Part shown: one piece after another, positions 40,327 through 53,071 of the stretch | How positions within the stretch are numbered: position 1 is the stretch's first letter | Layout of the letters: each line of letters begins with the position of its first letter | Origin: Amphiscolops sp. MND2022 | Lineage: Eukaryota | NCBI GenBank assembly: GCA_964187785.1 | Contig: OZ076411.1 | Span: forward strand, 31,124,001 to 31,188,000 | Direction: 5' to 3' | DNA length: 64,000 nt | Position numbers and translations under genes: made by a program | The notes under the pieces: generated by a model | What the model saw: the letters and a program-made list of their open reading frames with translations, nothing else | What the model was told of the DNA's origin: nothing | Databases searched by the model: none

Positions 40327-42670
40327 TACTCCTAAGAGTAGTTTACATAGGGGTTTATTCATATTACTCCCTAAATTGACCACAAACAACTCTTTATATG
40401 ACGAGGCTTGAATTGTTCAGATATTTAAATAAATTTCAATTGTCAATCTTATACGGCTCTGAACTATGTAATTTGCAGTATATGATCGTGGAAAAATGTC
40501 ATTATGAAGTTACCGTTCGACAATTGACCATTTTGAACTTCGAATAATTTGGTGAGCAGTGACGGGCAACTTTTTACTTCATTTCGAGCAAATATTCATT
40601 TCGTTGATTTATTTTCTTATTGTTTTTTTCTGACATTAGGTTAACAATTGCTTAGTTTTTTAGGAACTTCTATTTTGGCCGATAATGAGCGGTTTTTATT
40701 GAGGTCTAGTTTAATAAAGCAAATTAATATTCAAGCAAATTAATAGTACGGGACTATTTGTTGAAGAGCTCAAATTTTCAAACTTTTACTTGAGATTATT
40801 TTTCTGTGACTGATATGATCGCTATTCAAACTCAACTCTAAAAATTGTTTCCACGAAGTCGTTTTTCTGGTATCAATTTTGCGTTATCAAATACTGGATT
40901 GCAATAGGCCAGCACAACGTCATGAATCTGACTTCGGCCTGAAACAGCTTTCAAAACATGTTCCTGAAACTCTTTTTAGTGAGCGCTTTTCAAAATGTTT
41001 TCACGGTATGTATTGAATAAATTTAGGTGTTCGATTTGGAAATCAGCTAAACCTAGCTACCGCTTCTCTTCATCAGCGGCAACGATGGCTGAATTAACTT
41101 TCAGACTGAACCGACAAGATAACGGAAACTTTTTCATTGAAAAATTCCTGTTTCTAAAAAGTATGCAACCTGTTTTATGTTTTCGCTGGTGTCGATGAGT
41201 ATTCATACACAAGAAAACGATAAAAGCATAGAACAGCAAAAAATGGGAAAACTATGCAAAGTCGCGGTAATTTTCCCCGGAAAAAATCAGTTTGCAGTAT
41301 TATAAAAATAGGTCCCTGCGGAGCACAGTAGTATTTCTGCTTTTAGGCTTTCATGTTCAATAATATAAGCATATCTTAATCATTTATACAGCGCACAATT
41401 AATCACTACCAGTTTACACTGCCTTTAATTCTTATCGGACTAAAGAAAATATAACTACTAAGCGTAGGCGAAGTTTCGCATTCGCATTTGAACGCAACTA
41501 CTCCTAAGAGTAGTTTACATAGGGGTTTATTCATATTACTCCCTAAATTGACCACAAACAACTCTTTATTTGACGAGGCTTGAATTGTTCAGATATTTAA
41601 ATAAATTTCAATTGTCAATCTTATACGGCTCTGAACTATGTAATTTGCAGTATACGATCGTGGAAAAATGTCATTATGAAGTTACCGTTCGACAATTGAC
41701 CATTTTGAACTTCGAATAATTTGGTGAGCAGTGACGGGCAACTTTTTTCTTCATTTCGAGCAAATATTCATTTCGTTGATTTATATTCTTATTGTTTTTT
41801 TTCTGACATTAGGTTAACAATTGCTTAGTTTTTTAGGAACTTCTATTTTGGCCGATAATGAGCGGTTTTTATTGAGGTCTAGTTTAATAAAGCAAATTAA
41901 TATTAAAGCAAATTAATAGTACGGGACTATTTGTTGAAGAGCTCAAATTTTCAAACTTTTACTTGAGATTATTTTTCTGTGACTGATATGATCGCTATTC
42001 AAACTCAACTCTAAAAATTGTTTCCACGAAGTCGTTTTTTTGGTATCAATTTTGCGTTATCAAATACTGGATTGCAATAGGCCAGCACAACGTCATGAAT
42101 CTGACTTCGGCCTGAAACAGCTTTCAAAACATGTTCCTGAAACTCTTTTTAGTGAGCGCTTTTCAAAATGTTTTCACGGTATGTATTGAATAAATTTAGG
42201 TGTTCGATTTGGAAATCAGCTAAACCTAGCTACCGCTTCTCTTCATCAGCGGCAACGATGGCTGAATTAACTTTCAGACTGAACCGACAAGATAACGGAA
42301 ACTTTTTCATTGAAAAATTCCTGTTTCTAAAAAGTATGCAACCTGTTTTATGTTTTCGCTGGTGTCGATGAGTATTCATACACAAGAAAACGATAAAAGC
42401 ATAGAACAGCAAAAAATGGGAAAACTATGCAAAGTCGCGGTAATTTTCCTCGGAAAAAATCAGTTTGCAGTATTATAAAAATAGGTCCCTGCGGAGCACA
42501 GTAGTATTTCTGCTTTTAGGCTTTCATGTTCAATAATATAAGCATATCTTAATCATTTATACAGCGCACAATTAATCACTACCAGTTTACACTGCCTTTA
42601 ATTCTTATCGGACTAAAGAAAATATAACTACTAAGCGTAGGCGAAGTTTCGCATTCGCATTTGAACGCAA
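40327..42670. repeat. Near-identical tandem duplication of about 1.17 kb
   Basis: 40327-41497 versus 41499-42670 shows only a handful of substitutions and indels; the ORF track shows identical ORFs offset by 1173. Confidence 0.95.
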
Positions 42671-44125
42671 GCGAAGCTCTCGGCGAACAAATAATTAACA
42701 CTCGTTCGCGTCATCTCAATAACTTTGCGTACGAAAGCATAATTACAAACATTTGCTCGCTTCATCTCAATGAATTCGGGGTACGAATGCATAATTACCA
42801 CTCGCTCGTTCCATCGCACGAAAAACGAATTGTTGTCGGCAGCTTGGGAAATTTAATTTTCACTTCTATACTTCTGTGGTAATCTACACCTAACATGAAA
42901 ACATTCATAAAATAAAATTGTGTATTGTTGTCAAAGTTAAAATTATTTTTTCCTTCTGGGGCTTTTTTATCTAAGACATTTCTTCTCCAAAAAATGTTTC
43001 TGTGGCTAATTTTTGTGCAATAACTTCGAGTATAAAAATGAAAGATAATGTTCACAAACAATGCGGTTGAGAGAACATTTTCTTTCCCATATGATTAAGA
43101 GCGGATAACACTTTTTTCTCATGATAAAGAGAGGATAAAAAAGTTGCTGGGCCATAAGTTGGAAGCTGATTTTCTGTGACCTAATTTTGTATCAAATAAA
43201 AAATCCACCATGGAACACAATATCTCTAACGCAGTTCCATTCGATGAGCCTTAAATTTCGTATCTTCGTTAGTGCACATCGAAACTTGAACAAAAAACTC
43301 CGGGAGCATTTTTCTCCGAGACATTTGATAGCTCACATTGACTGCATGCCATACACCCCTCCTCTCCACGACACCTGTTGCGCCGGACATATCACTCGCT
43401 AAAACTTTGAGTGGAAGCTCTCATGAAAGTTTCTTTTCAACATAACTTCGTTTGACTTGGATTCAAAGAGAGCAAGACACCCGCTGAGCAACATGATTAA
43501 TTCCGCCCCGCGACAAGATATTTCGGGCTCGTACTTAACTGATGCGCCTTGGCAGAAAGTTGAAAAAAATCTAAAATCGCATAGAACAGTCAAAAATCGG
43601 AAAATTTCATGATGCGCACTTTTCTAAAAAAAACTTCCGGTTTTAAATAAAATCTGCTAAGCCGCTAATTTTCTCATTCAGCGGACCTGTTTTCAGCCAC
43701 AAAAATTTTCACGAAATGAAAAATAGGGCCAATGAGTGACCCTTTTATTGACCCCAGGTTGCGCCAGGCGTGATAACGCCAGAAATAAAATTGAAAGCTT
43801 TTATCAAGGTTCATCGATTGATGCCTAATATAGTTAAATTATTCTGGGCTTACCTTCCGACACCTATATGAAGTTTTATTCAATTTCCAACAAGTTTTTT
43901 TTTGCTGCTGGGGACATTTTTTACTTAGGAATTTCTTCAATATTAAAACTTTGATGTTTGCACCTCAAGACAGCTAGCTGAGACTTGTTCTCTAACTGCC
44001 TTTGCGCCATCCTGATGTCCTTTTTTTGCTGATGAATCTCCTTTACACTGTATCAAATACGCTTGACCTGAATTGAGAGCGAAATCAACGTTGTGGATAT
44101 GTGATATAACAAGTATTTAACTATA

Positions 44126-44299
44126 CACTCAACTCCGCTTCTAACGATTGCCTGGGGACCGGCGTTTTTTAATCGTTATATCCGAATATCGTTATAGGTG
44201 AAAATCGTTATATACTAGCATCGTGGCCGGGACCGTGAAACTCTATCGTTATAACCGGAATATCGTTATAAACGTAATCGTTATAAACGGAGTTGAGTG
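44126..44299. mobile_element. Tc1/pogo-type MITE (174 bp)
   Basis: Terminal inverted repeats (TIRs) CACTCAACTCCG / CGGAGTTGAGTG, each flanked by TA. Internal ATCGTTATA is repeated about 6 times. Confidence 0.8.
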
Positions 44300-44496
44300 T
44301 ATCACATTAAGTATTTAACTTAACTGGCAGAGATGACAAAAGCAACGAACACGACAGTGAAAGATGAGCCATCGCCGAATAAAATCCGAACTTCGATGAA
44401 TCTCAATTAGTACCCAGTCTTCTCAAACAGTTTAGGTAACTTGTGCCAAAGGTAACTTGAAGACAGATCCAGCAAACTCTAAAAAACAGAAAAAAT

Positions 44497-44600
44497 ACAT
44501 TTAATTTTTTGTTTCATTTGGTTTTACTGACATTGATGAAATGCATTTTTTCTTAATTTTTCAATGTCAGTAAAACCAAATGAAACAAAAAATTAAATGT
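44497..44600. repeat. Perfect 40-bp inverted repeat with a 24-nt spacer
   Basis: 44497-44536 is the exact reverse complement of 44561-44600. Confidence 0.95.
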
Positions 44601-44681
44601 TGACATTTGGTTTTGGAATGAAACGGTTTACTTCGCAGAGTATGACGTTTTCAAGGATTTAACATGGAACAATGTTTTCAG

Positions 44682-45163
44682 CGTACATTATATCAGCCCA
44701 GTCGTTCTCTATCATTGGCATCCTGTTGTCTATTGCCTACATGGTATTGACTATCATGTATGTGGGGGATGTGCTGAGAAACAAACACATCGGGCGTATT
44801 CTTGCAATTGTGGGCGCGGGCTGTCAACTAGGACACGGAGGAGTTCTCATGATCAGCGTGCCCCCTATGCTCAGTGGGGCCATAGCCGACGCCCCAGCAG
44901 GAGAACCTGTGACGGTTCAGTGGAGTTACTACATGGGGTATGCAGATGCATTTCTTTGTCTGGCTTCAGGAGGACTTTCTCTGGTCGCAGGTTTGATCGG
45001 TGACAGATTTGGTATCAAAAAAGACAAAGCAGTGGAAGAGGAAAAGAAGAAAGCGGCCAAGAAACAGCAGAAGAAAGAAAAAGTTGCCAAGCAGCAGAAA
45101 AAAGTTCCGGGCAAAGAGCATCAAACCAAATATGAAGAACCCACCGAAATTGTTGACATGTAG
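44682..45163 (+). CDS. Host claudin/PMP22/EMP-like gene, last exon (TM2-TM4 and a Lys-rich tail)
   Basis: TTTTCAG acceptor at 44675-44681. Three hydrophobic segments, WSYYMG before TM4, KKEK-rich tail, stop at 45161-45163. Confidence 0.75.
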
Positions 45164-45373
45164 TTAAACAATACTTGTTGTACATCACTAATGCTCTCAA
45201 CTGCTGCTATTGGCATTAACATAACAAAAATGAATTAAGCTATCGTAATTTTAATTGAATATTTCAACTCTCGAGTAACCCTTTAAATAAACTGTTACAC
45301 TGATGTTACACTGAGCCTCAGTGACTGAGGTATACATTTTATGAGTTGTGAAGATAGCTAATGCTACTGGAGG

Positions 45374-45585
45374 CTATACTGCACGGCCGTCGCCCGCATT
45401 ATTTATATTGGGGATCGGGGTGTTCTCTTGATCTTGGGGAAACTCATCGTCATCGTCTTCCTCTTCATCCGACTCGCACAGTCCGTCCAGTTCTGGCATG
45501 GGAAAGCGGAGAAGAGCGGCTACTCCCGTTAGGCGATCCAAATATTGGCCTGTCTCGTGTAGACTTGAGAGCATACGAACTTCGC
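45374..45585 (-). CDS. PELO: Pelota (Dom34) last coding exon
   Basis: GEVRMLSSLHETGQYLDRLTGVAALLRFPMPEL plus an acidic tail matches the pelota C-terminus ([31 protein letters not shown], from memory). GTTTTCCAG acceptor on the minus strand. Confidence 0.85.
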
Positions 45586-46166
45586 CTGGAAAACAGCATC
45601 GCTGTATAATGTCATAGGGAACATTTTGAACACGGAAACTCTGAGACAAAAGCATTTTTTGGTGATACACCTTGAGTGTCAACATTTTTTAATACCTAGT
45701 AGTGACAAAATACGCTGTATACAAAAAAACTAATTCCCAAAAATCTGGAAATTCATCACAAAACCCAACTTAACCTCTCCGTTCTCGCAAAAACAGCTTC
45801 AACGAACTTAAGATGCTTCCTAAACCACTGATTCAAAGAGCTGAATATTTGTGAGAAACTCCAAAAACATTTCACTGCTGACAAACCCATCTGGCCAAAA
45901 CTCCAGAGAAAAATTCAGACTGGAAGGTAACCCACGGTGTTTGATAAGCCACCAGCAACACGAGTTCACAAATAGTAATGTTAAAATACAAATGAGAAAA
46001 CTTGATTTAAATACTGATGAAAAACCGAACTTATAGAAAAATTTTGTTGAAACTACGTCGTCGAAGTTTAACCACAAGTAACTTACACCAAATAGCTCCC
46101 TTTATACCTGGGGAGCTACTACGAACAATAAAAAAGAGGCTCTCTGTTGAGAAAAATAAGCCCCTG

Positions 46167-46450
46167 CAGGGCACAGTATTATTTCTGCTTTTAGGCTTTC
46201 ATGTTCAATAATAGAAGCATATCTTAATAATTTATACAGCGCACAATTAATCACTACCAGTTTACACCGCCTTTAATTCTTCTCAGACTAACGAAAATAT
46301 AACTACTAAGCGTAGACGAAGTTTGGCATTCGCATTTGAATGCAGGCGAAGCTCTCGGCGAACGAATAACACTCGTTCGTTCCATCGCACGAGAAACGAA
46401 TTGTTGTCGGCAGCTTGAGAAATTTAAATCTCACGCTTATACTAACTGCC
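46167..46450. repeat. Diverged copy of the repeat at about 41310-41497 and 42485-42880
   Basis: Shares CACAGTA(T/G)TATTTCTGCTTTTAGGCTTTCATGTTCAATAATA... through GTTGTCGGCAGCTTG. Confidence 0.85.
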
Positions 46451-46635
46451 GAACAAAATATCTGAATTTTCCAGTAGGCACTCGTAATCACGACGCAAAT
46501 TGAAATGAAAAAATGGTCAATAATTCAGATTTCAATAATATTCCTGCTATCGCAGAAATGATAAAAACTTACAGTAATGACCAGGGAGCGGATAAAATTG
46601 CGTTAAAATGTGGTTTTTTCTTCTTAAAAAATCTC

Positions 46636-47708
46636 TCACAGATTTGAATTCACGAATTCGGTATTCCATAAAACCATTAAATGCATTTTAAATGATTCAA
46701 AGTTCAAATTTAGTCTTTGGGGCGAGAGCAGAGCCGTCATTCTTGAAAACGAACGTTCGACTTCGGCTGATACGATGGGTGCAAATTGAAATTGAAGAGC
46801 AATTTGAGGCAAGTCATCAAGTGTATAAATAGAGCCGGACAAAACCTGGAAATACTCTAGCATTTTTTATAGTCCGGGAATTTTTCCAAGAATGAGGTCC
46901 AATCTTCCTTTATACGGCTGAACTGTACTTTCTCAAAAAACATTGTCAAAGAGTTTCATAGAATCAATCAATCGATTTCGTCCTTGCAGTTTTACAATTG
47001 ATTCCGGTAAAAAACCAAATTGCGCTGATATAAAGGCAAGTTCAGCTCGTAATTCTTGTTTCTTTGACTTGATCAAATCATTGAGTTGCAATACGGCAAC
47101 CGTCTCATCTTCCAAAACGATAAGTTCTTCAAAAAAATACAAAGTAATTGGAAATTTTTAGCGTAAAAACTGATGCACTCGATCCAAGTTCCCCATCTTG
47201 TTGTCACTGGCTGAGGTAACAACGGAAGGCCAGTAGAAGTTTTGAAAATACCTTTTAGTAAAAATGGCTTGTCTTTAGAATCTGAAATAGCTTGTTTCCA
47301 ATTTCTTGAAAACGGCTGGAAGATAGTTTTTCAGTGCTGCTGATTCACTTGGCAACGACTTACCAGTGTATTTTTCGAGAAAAGCCCTAACTTGAGCGTT
47401 TTCAAATTTTTGAGTGGTATATTGGCTTGTAAAAAAGCTGTGGTAACATCTTCAAAGAATTGATTTGTTTGGCTGACAGGAACCGAAGTAATCCGTTGTT
47501 GTTTCATGGAGAATTGTGCGTTTTTCTGGTGCTTGGGAGTGTTTATATGACTATTTAGTCTGTATTTGAAGTTTTCGTTTGAATAGTTCAAACTGAAAGA
47601 ACACGATTTGCAAAAAATAGTGTCATCGGATGAATCATAGCGCCAGTTTATTGTTCCACAAGGTCGAGTTTTGACAAAAGAATTGCCGTTCTGCTTCGTC
47701 TTTGGCAT
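46636..47708 (-). pseudogene. CGGBP1-like hAT transposase remnants
   Basis: IFCKSC...SHINTPKH zinc finger, AFLQANIPL, LAFISAQFGFLPESIVKL, and APIVSAEVERSFS (hAT C-terminal motif). Broken and internally deleted. Confidence 0.8.
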
Positions 47709-48039
47709 GATTTACCTCAAAGGAATGACGCAGCGAATATTATACTTAACGTAAGCAGTATAGTGAGAAAGTGAGGATAGAACGAACTCATGTCGCTTTG
47801 TGCAAACAATACATGTATACATGTAGTAATTCAGTCAACAAAAGAAGAAATCGATTGATTTTAATTTGATCCTTTCGTAAAATTAGCCAAACTTGCGTTA
47901 AAATCTACACAGAGGCGAAGCCGCGCTTCGCAAACACTTGCGAACTTTTGAAGAAAACCAAATAGGCAATATCATACGGAAAACCAAGGGTAAAAGGAGA
48001 TTAAAATTTCATCAATTTTACAGCGCCAAAAAATAACCG

Positions 48040-48895
48040 AAGGGATACGCGTAAGCCTCGAAAACCATTCTTCCCCAACTGAAAACAGCAAAAAACCCAT
48101 TCTTTTTCAACGGAAAACCTTAAACAGAAAATAGAAGAAAAAAAATTTCAAACTTTTTCGAAAACATTTTTGATGGTCTCCGGTAAGTCGCAAAGCCTTG
48201 AGGAGTCCTCTCGCAAAACGTTTCGTTTCATGTAAAAATTGAGCAGGGGCTTCGGTGAAAACAAAGTTTAAAAAAGTCGCATAGAAAAAAGATCGGTCTT
48301 TTAAAAAACGGTCTTTAAAAACTAAAAATTGAGAAAAAAATTTCCCGAATTTTTTTGAAGTTTCCGCTAAGTCGCATAGTGGCGAAAAGTGTGAAAAAGG
48401 GACCCTTTAGGATTTTATAACATTCGTTCTGTTGCAAGATATCAAAAAATTGAAAGGAGGACGCTTTGGGGACATTAAAAAATTTTTGAAAAAAAATAAG
48501 GGAGTCTAAAAAATTTTTGAAAAAAAATTAGAATTTTGAACAGTCTCATAGTGCCGAAAATTCTGAAAAAAAGGGACCATTTGGGATTTTTTAACATTCG
48601 TTCTCTTGCAAAATATCAAAAAAAATTGAAAGGAGGACTCTTTGGGGACATTTAAAAAATTTCGAAAAAAAAGTCTCACAAAGCCGAAAAGTCTCATAGT
48701 GCCGAAAAAAGTCAGAACCTTCTGCTTCGGAATACTTGTAAAAAAATTAGCGCATACCCACGGGTTCGAACACGAAACCTCTGGGTTGAAAAGCAAGCAT
48801 CTTACCACTAGACCACGAACGCGTGAAACGTGCGAGTTGCCGCGTGAAATCAGAGAGTTGTCGCGCGGAAAAAAAAGCACCCGCACTTTACAATA
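48040..48895 (-). repeat. tRNA-derived SINE-like repeat with internal tandem units, nested in the hAT element
   Basis: 48823-48751 on the minus strand reads GTTCGTGGTCTAGTGGTAAG...TTTTCAA...GTGTTCGAACCC (A-box and B-box, Glu-like loop, imperfect stems). The body has GTCTCATAGTGCCGAAAA units related to 38490-38770. Boundaries are approximate. Confidence 0.6.
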
Positions 48896-49736
48896 ACACT
48901 TGCTTATCGCAAGTGTAATAAACTTGCGTAAAAACTACAAGTAAGCCAAAATGGCATTAAAAATTGGGTTATGGTAAACGCAATTTCATCCGCTCCCTGG
49001 TAATGACCCGAGAAATATCGGCTTCAAATGTTTTTTCAATGCTTTTAGCCATAAAAGCTATTTACTCGAAACGCTTTGATCCTTACAGGTACTAAAAGGA
49101 CTTGTTCATACGCTATGAATATAAGGTCATCAAAACAAGGCTGTTGGAGAGCCTCACCTAGTCAAGACACAGGGATGACCAAAAAAAACGAACGTTTCGT
49201 ACTCACAATCAGCATTGTTCCGGCGAAAAAACATAACTTTTTCGAATCAAAAACTAGGCAAGAATGTAGCTCAGAGTCTTTCCAAATTTTCTACGCAAAA
49301 CCAAACCGCGACCTGAAATAGGCCTTCATAGAAAAAATTTTGCCAGATGTCACGAAAAAATTTCTCAAAGCTTCCTCCAATGTGAACATCTAAAAGTCGC
49401 GATTACTAAAAGTTACTGTCTGGTAGTCGATGGAACTAAACGATTGAGCTGCTTATTGTTACAATTTATAGAAATCACTCCGAAGACACTTCGTCGACCG
49501 AAAAATGGCACCTTCAGGGCTCAGTAAAATTTCTGTCAATACAAAACAAATTTCAAAAACTATCATATTCACACAAGTTGCACCGGATAAAAACTCCGTC
49601 TAGATGTACAGCTTTCAATCCAGGCAGATTTCTCAGAACAATTATAATTTCTGAATAGTGCATAATGTGCAAACCTAATGTTTCACTAATAGTGCATAAT
49701 GTTTCACTAAAAGCATAGAAAAATTTGGAGCATATG

Positions 49737-50068
49737 AGTCCTGTATTGTCTTTTAGAGACTTAGTGATGACTTCTCAGCTGTTTAGCAGTCTTGACAGAG
49801 CGGATCATCGGATGCTGTGAGCAACAATCCTGGTGAGTTTCCTTAGTCTTCAAAACCAAGCTGATTTATACTTCAATTATAGTTCTTATGATTTTGTTAT
49901 TCAGTAATTCCAATCATTATGTATGAAGGTTATTTAAATGTCAAATTCCGATTTGAAGAATAAACATTGAATGTCATTTAAAAGTTAAGTATTTGAAAGG
50001 TTGAAAGAATCAGTCCAAGTATGTGAAAGTTCGTCCTCTCTCAACTGGAGTTGTTTCAGTATGGTACA
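49737..50068 (-). repeat. 3' LTR (332 bp)
   Basis: No difference from 62880-63211 found by eye; directly preceded by the PPT. Confidence 0.95.
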
Positions 50069-50376
50069 CTACCTCCCTTCGAAACACTTCCGGTCCTGTG
50101 AAGAACCATCATACGGATGGAGATAGTGACAACTTCAAGTGAAGATTCCAATTGAGAATAAAAGAATATCCAAAGAAATTGTCCAGTGAGAAGAGAATAT
50201 CCAAATGAAATAGGAGGAAGAAAGCCAGCACAAGTATCCAAAAGCCCAGAGGAATATATGTCGATAATCCATTTTTTGTTTTTAAGGCAAGCCCAAAAAT
50301 ACTGCATTGAATGTTTACAGAAATTATAAATGAAGTCCAGTTTTATGATTAGAAAGAAAACATGAAAAACGGGAAG

Positions 50377-52737
50377 TCAAGCTGATGTGGATGATTCCAT
50401 TTGAGTTTGGGTGACCAAGTTGCCAAAGCCGTTAGCGCGTTGCAGCGGTGAACTGCCGGGATAATTCCCGGGAAAATGGTTTGCCTCATTAGGACCGAAG
50501 GAACTGAACATTTTTGGATTCGGTTTTGTATGAAAAGATATATCCACGGCATCAGATGTTTTGCTTGAAGATGCACACTGAAAATGATAACGGTCACCAT
50601 GTTTGGATTGAAGTGACGGTATTTTGTTTTCGTGTTCTGTAGGGACATCTACCATTTGACGAAGCGGCAGTTTTCGTTTCAAATCATCGAAGATCTTGGG
50701 AACACGAGTTGCCAAATTGTAGCGGTGATAAATGTACATGAATAACAGGTGAAGAGCCGTTGAAAAGACGAAGACAGTCAGTGTGAGCATGAACGATACC
50801 TTGAAGGGTACATACTGATTGAATTCTTTAACAAGGGACGGCTTTAACAATTTCATATTTGATGCGAAAGGTCGCGCAATTTCCACAAGATGCTTGACTT
50901 CTCGTGGCTTCGGGCCTCTAGCAAGTTCCGTTTAAACTTGTTTCAACAACTTCACTCCTGCTTCGGTTCGGCTATTGAAAAGAGGGAGATCGTCCAATGG
51001 CGGCACTTCCATAATCAATGACTGTAGGGGATTCGGAAGAGAGACTTCCAATTTGATCGCTGGTACCTGTGTACAGCTCGATAAATCTGAACGAATTTTG
51101 ATATTTGGTGTGATAATTTGCATCCCGCATTCTAACGTAATCAGGCAGATGTGACAGCCTGGAAAAGATGTTGTTTTTGTAGAGGCTGATGATGCCATTG
51201 ATTCCCGAAAATTGAACTTGTTGCTTGCTGACGTGATAAGCCAAATGCCGAAGCCAAGATTCGTAGCTTGTTCGATTGTCGGTAAGTTAATAATTTTAGT
51301 GTCACATACTGAAAGAGCTTCCATGGGCGATTCGAAATATAAGGTGGCCAGACAAGACGAATGTCCTATCTCTGTCGGAATAGTCTCGGAACAGATTCGG
51401 TATCGTGAAGAGCCGAGGCATCGATCAACTTGACTAGCCGACAGTGGCGAAGATTCCATAAGATTTTCCGAGATTGCTAAGAAGGGAACTTCAATATCCC
51501 ACATTAAAGCAGACTCTGAATCATCTGGGAAAGGCATCGGAATAAGTTTTGCTTCAAAGAGGCTGAATACTGTTTGCCGTGACGCGAGAGGAATGTTGAG
51601 GGTTAACAGTAAACCTTCAGAGACAGTAACCGCATCGGCAAGCAGACGCGAATCGTAATAAGATAAGAGATCAGACATCGGGATGGCCAACGAAAGGCGA
51701 TCGCCGGCATTAGCCCTATCTCTAACTACACTCTCCAATATCACCAGTAGCGAATCGAGCGGTACTAAGGACATCGGGACGTGTCCCCGCAAAAGGACAG
51801 GTATAGAGTTTAAAACATTTATGCGAAAGGCAAATAGAGCTGCGCGGAAACTTTTGACACTTGCATGGATCATCGAAAGTAAGGACGACAAAGTGTCGAA
51901 GTTGAAATTTAATTGCTGGTTAGAGAAAAGCATTTGATCGCAATCGCGCAAAGCATGGAAATTTTTTTCAAAAACTGCAAATTGTTGTTCGATCAGCGCC
52001 CAATTTTTATTCTGAGTGGCAATCATGTCGGCTTGTATGTCGTTGATAGCAGCAAGTTCATTTTCGATTAGAAAAAATTTGTTTTCGGTACTACTCGAGA
52101 ATTCGGTGACGTATTGAGATAGGATATCTTGGAAATCGGAGAGGCGTCGAATATTCTCGGCATTCGCTTTGGACTGGTCCTGGCAAGTTCCGAAAATTCC
52201 TTGTAGACCGCACGAGCCAGAACTTCCCAAAGCAACGCCACCACCGAAAAGTCCTACAGCGGCAAGTGCTACCGCACCAGCACTAGCACCACGTTTTTGG
52301 CGGGATGGTCGCTGAGGAGATGGCGGAGAAAGAAAGGCCGAAGTTTCATTTCGTAAAAGTATCACATCGTTCGCGGCCTCGTTGATTTCATGATTTATTT
52401 GTACAAGAATCCAATTAACGTTGAATGAAGTCGAATTGGAATCGAAGTTGGTAGAAAAATTAAGAGGACAAAAGAGCGAAGGCAAGTCCCACATCGAGCC
52501 AAGACGGTCGATCGTTCGTTCGATGTCATGTTTCAAAGCAAAATCGTAAGTCGGAAAAGGAATCATAAATTCCACTGGAACGATCTTTTCGGCCAACAAG
52601 ATTTTGCCACGCTCGTGAAATAGGATGCCTTTTTCTAATAATTCATCATGATTGTTTGACGGTTGCAAATTGGAATCCCATTCAAGTCGAACTGAAGCCG
52701 GAGTGAAGAGTAAAAGAAAGACAAGTTGTAGAAGCAT
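50377..52737 (-). pseudogene. env: env-like class I fusion glycoprotein (about 786 aa), interrupted by one in-frame TAA
   Basis: ATG at 52737 with signal peptide MLLQLVFLLLFTPAS. Furin site RQKR at 52302-52291, followed by the Gly/Ala-rich fusion peptide GASAGAVALAAVGLFGGGVALG. Heptad-like helix, Cys-rich region, TM SFMLTLTVFVFSTALHLLFMYIY. ORFs 50932-52974 and 50377-50886 share a frame across TAA 50934-50932. Confidence 0.88.
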
Positions 52738-53071
52738 TACTGTGCGAGCATCCGGAAAGACGAAATGTGACGAGAGTAATTTTCTTTTTGGCGACGACAA
52801 CGACAGTAGCCCAATGGGCGTCGTTTCGGACAAAGCGAAAGATGTCAAATATGGTATTTTGGACCGGAATGTTAACAAAAGCCTCTGATGGAATTTTTCG
52901 GCAAACAAAGTGAAAGAAACGTAAACAGTGTGATGAAACGACGAGCGAAAAGTAGGCCTTGGAATGTTGGCCAACGAAAGTATTTAAGGTGGTATTTGCC
53001 CTTGTTTGACAATTGGCGGTGTGTTTGAGCTCGTACTTCCGATAGCATCTGCGGAATGTTTCGACTAGGCG

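Larger units (their letters stand above)
46582..48999 (-). mobile_element. hAT DNA transposon (2418 bp), defective, with a CGGBP1-like transposase
   Basis: 23-bp TIRs CAGGGAGCGGAT(A/G)AAATTGCGTT. 8-bp TSD GTAATGAC at 46574-46581 and 49000-49007. Confidence 0.92.

Noticed and set aside
48751-48823. tRNA-Glu(TTC) gene
   Set aside because: The anticodon and acceptor stems are imperfect and it is embedded in a dispersed repeat.
49826-49840. CTG|GTGAGT in the 3' LTR as donor for an HBZ-like antisense transcript
   Set aside because: Fewer than 100 nt of LTR lie upstream on that strand, with no promoter signal; a nearer donor at 53072 explains the cargo genes.
52738-52974. 79-aa N-terminal extension of env in the ORF track
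   Set aside because: It starts at TTG; the ATG at 52737 is directly followed by a signal peptide and is the better start.
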